Below are positions 1 to 8,347 of a stretch of DNA of 64,000 bases, one piece after another. The notes under the pieces were generated by a model. That model was given only the letters and a program-made list of their open reading frames with translations, did no database searches and was not told the origin of the DNA. Source of the DNA: an uncultured bacterium (GTDB taxonomy: Bacteria; Desulfobacterota_D; UBA1144; Nemesobacterales; UBA2774); the NCBI GenBank assembly GCA_963705505.1, contig CAVPJU010000010.1:736001-800000 (forward strand), in the 5' to 3' direction. A program made the translations under genes and the position numbers. Every line of letters begins with the position of its first letter. Within the stretch, counting starts at the first letter, position 1.

Positions 1-485
1 GCGCCTACGGTACATTCAAGAACCTCCGCTGTCTCTTCATAAGATAACCCCTCGTATTTACAAAGCATAATAGCGACTCTCTCCCTTTCGGGCAACGACT
101 CCATCGCCTGAAATATAACGTCTTTTATCTCCTTTCTATAAATCAAATCGTCCGCTATCTCGAGCGCCGAATCCTCGACGTCTCCCGTGCCGTCGTTGAT
201 TTCATCGAGGCTCATGTTGTTATTTTTTTTCTTTACGTGAGTGAGACTTACGTTTGTCGCAATTTTGTAGAGCCATGTCGAGAACTTGGCTTCAGGCCTG
301 TAGCTCTTTCGAGACCTGTATATTCTCAAAAATACCTCCTGCGCAAGGTCTTCGGAGTTCTCCCTCAGATTCGTATATCTGTATATATAATTCACGACCC
401 CTCTGTAATGTCTTCTCATTAATTCGCTGAACGCACCGTCGTCCCCAGACTTTGCCCTCAACATAAGCTCTATGTCACTGTCCAT
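1..485 (-). CDS. ECF-type RNA polymerase sigma-70 factor, 3' end beyond window edge
   Basis: Not in ORF track. Manual translation from ATG 485 gives MDSDIELMLRAKSGDDGAFSELMRRHY...EDLAQEVFLRIY...FSTWLYKIATN...LPERERVAIMLCKYEGLSYEETAEVLECTVGA, with ECF region 2 and 4 motifs. Confidence 0.9.
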   Translation of the reverse strand, partial: MDSDIELMLRAKSGDDGAFSELMRRHYRGVVNYIYRYTNLRENSEDLAQEVFLRIYRSRKSYRPEAKFSTWLYKIATNVSLTHVKKKNNNMSLDEINDGTGDVEDSALEIADDLIYRKEIKDVIFQAMESLPERERVAIMLCKYEGLSYEETAEVLECTVG

Positions 486-708
486 ATGAATGCCATAATA
501 GCCCTACAATTTATTAACTTTAAATTACGGAAAAGGTTTCGGAGAATCCCCGCGCTTCTCTAAAATTGTCTCCGGGCTATACCGGATTAATATTATGCTC
601 CGAGACGGGTCAAGAGCACCCGCCTCGAACCGTATAATCGGTTATTTATTAATTAATATGTTATATCAATGAAACCGAGTACCGGCGCTATTGATTATCC
701 GGCTCGAT

Positions 709-1281
709 CTATTTCTTTTTCATCCTCTCCAGATACTGCCCTGTCCGGGTATCGACCTTGATCACGTCCCCCACATCTATGAACAGGGGGACCTGGATCG
801 TAGCGCCCGTCTCGAGTACGGCAGGCTTTGTCGCCCCTGTAACCGTGTCGCCCCTCATTCCGGGCTCGGTGTCCTTTATCTCGAGCTCGACAGCCGTCGG
901 GACCTCGACCCCCATGGGCTCGTTATTGAAGTAAAGGACGTTTACCTCCTGCTGGTCCTTTATAAAGGCAGAGGCCTCGCCCACCTGGGCTCCGGTAAGG
1001 GTGTTCTGCTCGTAGGTCTCGAGATCCATGAAGTGATACCCGATATCGTCCTTATAAAGGAACTGCATTGCCTTCCTCTCCGTGTCCGGCACCCTGAAAG
1101 AATCGCCCGACCTGAAGTTCTTCTCCTGCACGGCGCCGGTCACGACGTTTCTGATCTTGGTTTTCATAACTGCGCTCCGCTGCGCCATCTTGGAGTGTCT
1201 GTACTCTATGATTTCCCAAATCTCACCCTCGTACTCTATCTTTAGTCCTTTATGAAACTGATTCGTCTCAACTACTCCCAT
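709..1281 (-). CDS. efp: translation elongation factor P with non-canonical tip loop
   Basis: YHFMDLETYEQ, PGMRGDTVTGATKPAVLETG and IKVDTRTGQYLER are EF-P signatures; AGGAGG RBS upstream. Confidence 0.96.
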   Translation of the reverse strand: MGVVETNQFHKGLKIEYEGEIWEIIEYRHSKMAQRSAVMKTKIRNVVTGAVQEKNFRSGDSFRVPDTERKAMQFLYKDDIGYHFMDLETYEQNTLTGAQVGEASAFIKDQQEVNVLYFNNEPMGVEVPTAVELEIKDTEPGMRGDTVTGATKPAVLETGATIQVPLFIDVGDVIKVDTRTGQYLERMKKK

Positions 1282-1333
1282 TTAATTCATACCTCCTGAT
1301 GTATTTAACAGTTAAAACCAGAGATCCGATCGT

Positions 1334-1522
1334 TCAATCACTTTCATCGTCAGGCGTATCCGCCCCCTCTGCCGGTTCGTCATCCGACTCGCCGGGTATC
1401 CTGTAACTCTCGGTCACCCACGCGCCGAGGTCAGCCATCTTGCACCTTTCGGAGCAGAAGGGTCTCCATTCGTTTTTCTCCCACCGGACCCGCCTGCCGC
1501 ATTTGGGGCATTTAATTTCCAT
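1334..1522 (-). CDS. yacG: DNA gyrase inhibitor YacG
   Basis: CPKC...RPFCSERCKMADLGAW zinc finger and acidic tail. Confidence 0.92.
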   Translation of the reverse strand: MEIKCPKCGRRVRWEKNEWRPFCSERCKMADLGAWVTESYRIPGESDDEPAEGADTPDDESD

Positions 1523-1594
1523 AGGCAAAGAAATTATTTCCTATGAATTTTGTAATTCAAGGACGGGAAAAAATTTGCAATAAAATCAGGAGGA

Positions 1595-2206
1595 TCAGGA
1601 TTCGACCCTGGCCGCCTCTTTCTTCGCCGGTTCTTTTTTCGGGGCAAGCGAGTCCTCCACAAGCTCGCATACTATATGCGCGAGCGTAATGTGGAGCTCC
1701 TGGACCCTGGGTGTGGATTTGGAAGGGACACTCACACAGCAATCAGCCGCCTTTTCAACCCTGCTTTTGTCCTGTCCCGTAAAGGCTATCGTCCTGAGTC
1801 CGAGGGCCCTTGCGGTCTTAAACGCTTTGATGACGTTTCCGGATTTCCCGCTCGTGGTCAGGCCCCACGCAACGTCCCCCTTATTCCCGAGCGCCTCTAT
1901 CTGCCTCGAAAAGACATCATCAAACGAGCCGTCATTCGGTATCGACGTAAGAATGGAGGAGTCCGTCGTAAGCGCAAGAGCCGAGAGCGCCTTCCTCTCC
2001 CTGCAGTACCTGTTCACGAATTCCGCCGCGATATGCTGCGAATCGGCGGCGCTCCCCCCGTTTCCGAAGATGAGTATCTTGCCGCCCGATTTAAGGGACT
2101 TCAGAATGGTCGATGCGGCTTCTTCCACCTCCGCAACCGATTCCTTGGCGAAGCGGAGCTTGATGTCGGCGCTTTCCCTGAGTCTCGAAATTATCTGTTC
2201 CTTCAT
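1595..2206 (-). CDS. gmhA: D-sedoheptulose-7-phosphate isomerase
   Basis: GNGGSAADSQHIAAE, TSGKS and QELHITLAH SIS motifs. Confidence 0.93.
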   Translation of the reverse strand: MKEQIISRLRESADIKLRFAKESVAEVEEAASTILKSLKSGGKILIFGNGGSAADSQHIAAEFVNRYCRERKALSALALTTDSSILTSIPNDGSFDDVFSRQIEALGNKGDVAWGLTTSGKSGNVIKAFKTARALGLRTIAFTGQDKSRVEKAADCCVSVPSKSTPRVQELHITLAHIVCELVEDSLAPKKEPAKKEAARVES

Positions 2207-2209
2207 GTT

Positions 2210-4024
2210 TTATGTCCTCTTGAACATCCTCTCTATATCGGTGTAGGTGAGCTCTCTTGCGACAGGCCTCCCGTGGGGGCACGAATGAGGGAACTCCGCA
2301 CGGTCAAGCTCGTTAAGGAGCGCCCTCATCTTCTCGTGGCTGAGCTCGTAATTTGCCCTTATGGACGAGTGGCACGCCATTGTCGAAATCACGGTGTCTA
2401 TTCTTTCGGTCAGACTCCGCTCCGCTCCGGACTCCTTTATCTCGGAGACTATATCCCTGACGAGACGCTTGAGATCGGTGTTTTTAAGGAGCGCCGGCAC
2501 TCTCCTTATTATAAACGTATTATTACCGAACCCCTCTATACCCAATCCGAGAGCGGCCAAGTCCCCGCTGTGCCTGAGGAGGATATCGGACTCGTGAGGA
2601 GATAGCTCGAGAACCTCCGGCACGAGGAGGTCCTGAGTTTCGGGAGCCTCGCCGCCGGTATATGCCTTTTTAAGCCTTTCATAATTTATCCTTTCATGCG
2701 CCGCGTGCTGATCCACAAGGATCATGCCCCCTGAAGACGCGCATATTATATAGAGATCGCCCAGCTGCCCGAGTATCGTGAGGCCCGAATAAAGCCCCGC
2801 TTCCCCGAATAGCTCCAATGGCCCTGGCTCCCGAGACCGGGAATCAGAGTGAGGCTCGTGAATAATGCCCGGGAATTCCGTTACGTGTGCATCGCTCTCC
2901 TTATCATATACGGCAGCGCCGTTCCCGCGCGGAAAACTTTCATTCTCGCTAATAACGCCCGTGCCGTAGCCCGTCCCGGTTTCACGCGCGATCTCAAAAC
3001 CCCGGGCGGGGTATTGAAACCTGCGAGCATAGCCCTTGAGCCATGGCGCCTTTTCCAGCATCCGTGTTACGGACTCCCTTACGAGATCGCCTACGAGCCT
3101 CGCGTTCCCGAACCGAACCTCGTTTTTAGTCGGGTGGACATTCACGTCCACGTCAGCCCCTGAGATATCGACGAAAAGCACACCCTGCGGGAACCTCCCC
3201 TTCTCGAGCATCCTCCCGTACGAATCTATCAGGATACGCGTAAGGAACCTGTCCCTGACCGCCCTCCCGTTCACATACGCGTAGAGCTTTTGTGTAGTGG
3301 ACCTCGCGTCGAGAGGGCTTCCGAGGAAGCCGGATATGCGCACTCCCGAGCCCCCGGCTTCTACCGGATACAGCTCGATGCCCGGGTATATCTCCCTGAT
3401 CCTCTCGGAGACGTTTTCCCGCGCGGGCAGGTGAAGGAGGACCCTGTCCCCGCTTCTGAGCTCAAAACCTATGCCGGGCCTGGATATAGCCTCCCTCTCC
3501 ACCACATCGAGGACATTCGAAAGCTCGGTCTCGGTCTTTTTCATGAATTTTAGTCTGGGTGGCGTATTGTAGAAAAGATTCCTCACTTCAACCGCAGTCC
3601 CCTGCGGCGCGCCCGTTTCTTCGACGCTCCTTACGATACCGCCTTCCACGGTAATTATCGTGCCTATCACCTCATCGGGCGTCCTCGTCGTCATCCTGAA
3701 CCGGGAAACGCTCGCTATGCTGGGAATGGCCTCGCCCCTGAATCCGAGGGAGCTTACGGAAAAGAGGTCGCGTATCTCCTTAATCTTGCTCGTAGCGTGA
3801 CGCTCGATCGACATTATGGAGTCGTCCCTCGTCATTCCCTCGCCGTCATCGGACACTTTTATAAGCCTCTTTCCGCCCGCCTCGAGCTCGATGTCTATCC
3901 TCGTGCTTCCGGCGTCTATTGAGTTTTCAACTAGCTCTTTTACAACGGATGCGGGCCTTTCCACTATCTCCCCGGCCGCTATCTTGGAGACAAGATTGTC
4001 GGACAGAATCCTTATCTTACCCAT
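2210..4024 (-). CDS. mutL: DNA mismatch repair endonuclease MutL
   Basis: IAAGEIVERP, GFRGEA, VNVHPTK, DQHAAHERINYE, ACH and CPHGRP motifs. Confidence 0.98.
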   Translation of the reverse strand: MGKIRILSDNLVSKIAAGEIVERPASVVKELVENSIDAGSTRIDIELEAGGKRLIKVSDDGEGMTRDDSIMSIERHATSKIKEIRDLFSVSSLGFRGEAIPSIASVSRFRMTTRTPDEVIGTIITVEGGIVRSVEETGAPQGTAVEVRNLFYNTPPRLKFMKKTETELSNVLDVVEREAISRPGIGFELRSGDRVLLHLPARENVSERIREIYPGIELYPVEAGGSGVRISGFLGSPLDARSTTQKLYAYVNGRAVRDRFLTRILIDSYGRMLEKGRFPQGVLFVDISGADVDVNVHPTKNEVRFGNARLVGDLVRESVTRMLEKAPWLKGYARRFQYPARGFEIARETGTGYGTGVISENESFPRGNGAAVYDKESDAHVTEFPGIIHEPHSDSRSREPGPLELFGEAGLYSGLTILGQLGDLYIICASSGGMILVDQHAAHERINYERLKKAYTGGEAPETQDLLVPEVLELSPHESDILLRHSGDLAALGLGIEGFGNNTFIIRRVPALLKNTDLKRLVRDIVSEIKESGAERSLTERIDTVISTMACHSSIRANYELSHEKMRALLNELDRAEFPHSCPHGRPVARELTYTDIERMFKRT

Positions 4025-4036
4025 CTGGTATGTGCC

Positions 4037-4065
4037 AGTTTACATAAAAGAAGAATATGAGTCAA
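4037..4065 (-). promoter_or_regulatory. sigma70-type promoter of mutL operon
   Basis: TTGACT-N17-TAAACT on minus strand, 12 nt upstream of mutL ATG. Confidence 0.6.
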
Positions 4066-4127
4066 AAGGGGCAGGCAATGCACCTCGGAGCATGCGCCGC
4101 CGACCGCGCCGCGTACGTGACGGCCCC

Positions 4128-4286
4128 TCAGAAGAGCTTCAGCAGTATGAGTATAAGGAAGAACAAGAGAGGCAGCAGGACACATGCGACGGATAGGACA
4201 GTATATATGGAAAGAGTAGTCCGCGCCCCTACGCCGAAGACGTCGTCCGAGTGTTTTTTCAGAATCCTTAGATATTCCCTCAGCAT
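4128..4286 (-). CDS. putative 52-aa small membrane protein
   Basis: Manual translation MLREYLRILKKHSDDVFGVGARTTLSIYTVLSVACVLLPLLFFLILILLKLF; below ORF-track cutoff; hydrophobic C-terminus; fills an otherwise empty gap. Confidence 0.5.
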   Translation of the reverse strand: MLREYLRILKKHSDDVFGVGARTTLSIYTVLSVACVLLPLLFFLILILLKLF

Positions 4287-4521
4287 TTGAGCTATGTATA
4301 TAATCTACTTAAAAAGGGTTAATATTGTAATGGGTTCGAAAGAGAGTCATTGACAGCCCGGTCGGGTCGAGTCTCTCAAACCTTTCAGGCTCGTTGAAAT
4401 CACGAATCTTGCGTGAAAAACATTACAGGCGGGAAAAAAACCATTATATTTGAACGCTACAAATTCGACTCCGATTATGTATAATCTTATCCTTATCTCG
4501 GAGCCAAATTAAGGAGATACG

Positions 4522-5958
4522 ATGCATCTTATGTCCGGACGTAAACCAGTCAAGGCCTTAATATCGAACATGCGCCTGCGCATTTCAACATTCATTCTTC
4601 TATCATTTTTAATGTTAAACGTTTCCATGCCGGCAGCGCATTCCGCAGATAAGGACATGGAATCGCCCAAGAGGATACTGGTCGTAAAGGATTACAAGTG
4701 GGCATCGGGCGGAATGGGAAGGCCCGCCATAATGAAGGAGATCACGCTTCAGAACATAGGCAAGTACGACTACGAGAATATCGCAATCGAAGTCGATCTG
4801 TATACGGCTACAGATATACCGTTGGGCTCTCTAAGGGCCACCATACACGACGTGCTCCCGCACGGAAGCGAAAAGACCTTCTACAACATCAACTTCGGAA
4901 TGATGAGCGCCGAGCTTCAAAATACCGTCGCGCGGATTGCGAACGCCGACCTCATAGAGAAAGGCACTCCGTTTCAGGCCAAGGACCTGATTCAGGTGAA
5001 GAGCTTCGAATGGAGCGGCGGGCAATACGGCACCGAGGGAATACTGAAAAACATTACCCTCGTCAACAAGAGCACGGAGAACTGGAAGGATATAAAGATC
5101 AGGGTCGATTTTCTGGGAATCCCCGGCGCCAAGGTCGGGATAAGAGGGTTTACGAGCAGGGCGACGATACACGATATGCTCCCGGCCAAGAGCGAACGCA
5201 CGTACCACGACGTAAACGTCGGGTTCAGGCACCCCGATGCGAGGAAGGTCGATATAAGCGTAATGAGCGCAAGGGCGATCTCCGAGAAAGAACTCAAGGT
5301 CAAGATGGCCAAGAAAGAGGGGAAGAAGGCGGTAAGGAAGAAAAAGAAGAAAGCCGTAGCATCCGCCGAGGGAACGACGCCGGGGACTCAGGAAGGGGGA
5401 GGCGCGATCCCGGAGAGCCAGAAGGAGCTCTCCCTGTCAGAACGCTACAAGCAGAAGCTGGCCCAGGAAAAGGGAGAGACCGTAGAAGGCACGGAAGGCG
5501 CGACTGCGGAGCCGGGTGCGGCAGCTCCGCCTGAAACGGCCGCCCAGAAAGAGGCCGTGACCGAGCCCGGAGGAGAAAAGGCCGCAGAAGGCGAAACCGC
5601 AGCGGAAGGGGAAGAGGGCGGGGAAGAATATGAATACGAGGAAGAGGTGCCGCTCCCCGAAGAGGACATAGTCGTCGCTGACTTTAAATGGGGGGGCGGA
5701 GTGACGGGGACTATCGGGAAGATAGACGAAATTACGCTCCAGAACATGAGCGACATAACGTATACGAAGATCGAGCTCAAGATAGAGTTCTATTCGTTTA
5801 AGGAAGAATCGCCCATGTTCTCGAACAAGACGGTCATATACGATGTCCTGCCCGCCAACAGCAAAAAAACATTCAGAAACATTAAAGCGGGCTATCTGAA
5901 CGCCATACCGCAGGAAGTCCGGATATTGGTGCTTACCGCCGTACCGTTCAGCCAGTAG
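4522..5958 (+). CDS. hypothetical secreted protein with three homologous ~95-aa domains
   Basis: AAGGAG RBS, signal-like N-terminus, three copies of V..F/Y.W..G.....ITL.N......I.I...F/Y...TIHD.LP..S.KTF. Confidence 0.8.
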   Translation: MHLMSGRKPVKALISNMRLRISTFILLSFLMLNVSMPAAHSADKDMESPKRILVVKDYKWASGGMGRPAIMKEITLQNIGKYDYENIAIEVDLYTATDIPLGSLRATIHDVLPHGSEKTFYNINFGMMSAELQNTVARIANADLIEKGTPFQAKDLIQVKSFEWSGGQYGTEGILKNITLVNKSTENWKDIKIRVDFLGIPGAKVGIRGFTSRATIHDMLPAKSERTYHDVNVGFRHPDARKVDISVMSARAISEKELKVKMAKKEGKKAVRKKKKKAVASAEGTTPGTQEGGGAIPESQKELSLSERYKQKLAQEKGETVEGTEGATAEPGAAAPPETAAQKEAVTEPGGEKAAEGETAAEGEEGGEEYEYEEEVPLPEEDIVVADFKWGGGVTGTIGKIDEITLQNMSDITYTKIELKIEFYSFKEESPMFSNKTVIYDVLPANSKKTFRNIKAGYLNAIPQEVRILVLTAVPFSQ

Positions 5959-6018
5959 AGGGAGCGTTCGACCAGGGAGTTCCTTATCCGCACCGGGAAT
6001 TAACCGGGCTAGCCGTGT

Positions 6019-7089
6019 TTAGAAGAGTTGAAGCTGCTTTCCGCCGGGCCTTCTGAAGTGCTCCGTAGAGAGATTCACTTTATTGCGATCGAAGCCCGCT
6101 TTCCTGCACGCGACCTCAAAAAGGTCCCGCACCTGATCCGCATATATACCTTCGCCCCTCATCCTGTCGTGGAACTCGGCACTGTTCAATTTACCTCCGC
6201 GGACAGACCTGATCCTCCCGAGCACTTTATCTTTCCTATCGGGGAAGTGCCTCTCGAGCCACGCGGCGAAGAGGTCCGATACTCCGTAAGGGAGCCTGAG
6301 CATTATAAAGCCCGCGCTCACAGCGCCCGCGTCGGAAGCACTCTTGATAATATTCGGAATCTCGTGATCCGTCAGACCGGGTATGACCGGCGCCACCATC
6401 ACGATCACCGGGATGCCGCTTCGCGAAAGCTCCTCTATAGCCCGGAGCCTCAGCTGGGGCTCGGATGTGCGGGGCTCCATCAATCCCTTCAATGCGGCGT
6501 CGAGCGTGGTTATGGAGACAGCGACGACTATGCCGTCCCACTCCGCAAATCCTTTTAAGATGTCTATGTCGCGCGTTACGAGATAGTTCTTCGTCACTAT
6601 GCCCGCGGGGTTTTTAAACTCCGACAGGACCTCGAGGCACGCGCGCGTGAGTCCGAAGCGGCGCTCCGCGGGCTGGTAGCAATCCGTATTGCCGCTCAGA
6701 GCTATCGTATCGGGGACGTATTTAGGTGATGAGAGCTCTTTTCTTAAGAGCTCCGGGGCGTCTTCCTTGACGAAAATCTTCGACTCGAAATCAAGCCCGA
6801 GCGAGAGACCCAGGAACTCGTGTGTGGGCCTCGCGTAGCAGTATATGCAGCCGTGCTCGCATCCCCTGTAAGGGTTTATCCCGGCATTGAATCCGACGTC
6901 AGGGCTGTCGTTATATGTAATTATGGATTTCGTCGCGTCCTTATAAAAGACGGTCTTCGGAGATATGCCTTCCGATATCTCTTCTTCGGAAGGCTCGTAC
7001 TCGATCTTCTCGAACCGGTTTGCGGGATTTTCGGCCGAGCCCCTGCCTTTAACGCCCGGCACCTGACTGCTCACGGATTGATACCCCAT
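6019..7089 (-). CDS. PA0069/Rv2578c-family radical SAM protein
   Basis: INPYRGCEHGCIYCYARPTHE, TDCYQPAE and a C-terminal QLQLF motif. Confidence 0.9.
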   Translation of the reverse strand: MGYQSVSSQVPGVKGRGSAENPANRFEKIEYEPSEEEISEGISPKTVFYKDATKSIITYNDSPDVGFNAGINPYRGCEHGCIYCYARPTHEFLGLSLGLDFESKIFVKEDAPELLRKELSSPKYVPDTIALSGNTDCYQPAERRFGLTRACLEVLSEFKNPAGIVTKNYLVTRDIDILKGFAEWDGIVVAVSITTLDAALKGLMEPRTSEPQLRLRAIEELSRSGIPVIVMVAPVIPGLTDHEIPNIIKSASDAGAVSAGFIMLRLPYGVSDLFAAWLERHFPDRKDKVLGRIRSVRGGKLNSAEFHDRMRGEGIYADQVRDLFEVACRKAGFDRNKVNLSTEHFRRPGGKQLQLF

Positions 7090-7200
7090 GTGTGAGTGAT
7101 AATGAATTTATGGTTCATGTGAAAAGTATAAAAGATGCGGAAATGGATTGATATGAGCTTTTTTAACTATATGAGGAAATGGAGAAAAAACATTCAGGCG

Positions 7201-8265
7201 TCAGTGCGGTTCCGAAAATGTCTCAAGCTCTTTCACGAGCTCGTCGACTATCTCGGCTTCTTTAAATGAGCGGACGAGCTTCCCGTCCTTGTAGAGCATG
7301 CCCTTGCCGCGGCCCCCTGCAATGCCTATATCGGCTTCGGAAGCCTCTCCCGGGCCGTTCACCACACAGCCGAGAATCGCAACCTTTATGGGTCTGGGCA
7401 GCTCGAGGTCCGCTATCCTGTCCTCGACGTCCTTTACGAGCTTCATGAGGTCGATCTCGAGCCTGCCGCATCCGGGACATGAAATGAGCTCAATCCCGTG
7501 CCGCCTGAGCCCCAAGGACCTCAGGATATTCATGCCGACGGCTATCTCCTCGACAGGGTCGCCTGTAAGGGAAACCCTTATCGTATCCCCTATACCGTCC
7601 GCGAGAAGTGTCCCTATGCCTATAGAGGACTTGATAGTCCCCATCTCATAGGTTCCCGCTTCGGTGACGCCCAGATGAAGCGGGTAGTCGGTCTTCTCAG
7701 CAAGTATGCGGTAAGAAGCTATCATCTTTTTCACATCGGTCGATTTAACGGAAATTTTGATGTCTCTGAAATCGAGGTCTTCGAGTATGGCTATGTGCCT
7801 GAACGCGCTTTCAGCGAGCGCCTCGGCAGTGGGAGAGCCGTGCTTTTTTAAAATGTCTTTCTCCAGGGAGCCCGAGTTCACGCCTATCCTTATAGGTATC
7901 CCTCTTTCTTTAACGGCGTCGACGACAGCCTTTATCCTGTACTTAGCTCCGATATTGCCGGGGTTGATCCTCATGCCGTCAACGCCCTGCTTTACCGCCT
8001 CGAGCGCGAGACGGTAGTCAAAATGTATATCCGATACTATGGGTATCCTCGTCTGCTTTTTAATCTTCCCCAGGGATTTTGCCGCCTCCATGTCGGGAAC
8101 GGCGATGCGTACTATGTCGCAGCCCGCTCTCTCGAGGCTTTTTATCTGCGCGACCGTGGCGGCGACGTCTCTCGTATCGGTCTTCGTCATGGATTGAACG
8201 GTCACGGGCGCGCCTCCGCCAACCTTAATACCGCCCAAATTTATCTGCCTAGAGTTTCTTTCCAT
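7201..8265 (-). CDS. ispG: 4-hydroxy-3-methylbut-2-en-1-yl diphosphate synthase
   Basis: VQSMT, DIHF, RINPGNIG, HLGVTEAG, SCPGCGR and GCVVNGPGE motifs. Confidence 0.98.
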   Translation of the reverse strand: MERNSRQINLGGIKVGGGAPVTVQSMTKTDTRDVAATVAQIKSLERAGCDIVRIAVPDMEAAKSLGKIKKQTRIPIVSDIHFDYRLALEAVKQGVDGMRINPGNIGAKYRIKAVVDAVKERGIPIRIGVNSGSLEKDILKKHGSPTAEALAESAFRHIAILEDLDFRDIKISVKSTDVKKMIASYRILAEKTDYPLHLGVTEAGTYEMGTIKSSIGIGTLLADGIGDTIRVSLTGDPVEEIAVGMNILRSLGLRRHGIELISCPGCGRLEIDLMKLVKDVEDRIADLELPRPIKVAILGCVVNGPGEASEADIGIAGGRGKGMLYKDGKLVRSFKEAEIVDELVKELETFSEPH

Positions 8266-8347
8266 ATTCCGTATTACGCGTCATTCAGGGTATTCGATAC
8301 ACCCGCTGGTAATATAGAATGCCCAAACTTTCCTGAAAATAAATGCT

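Noticed and set aside
691..2605. Long plus-strand ORFs 691-1245 and 1676-2605, and similar ORFs elsewhere (22203-22988, 26702-27676, 28114-29154, 39826-40755, 41152-42069)
   Set aside because: Antisense shadows of well-supported genes, with no recognisable motifs
4698..5534. 278-aa Arg-rich alternate-frame ORF
   Set aside because: Same-strand frame shadow of the 4522-5958 gene
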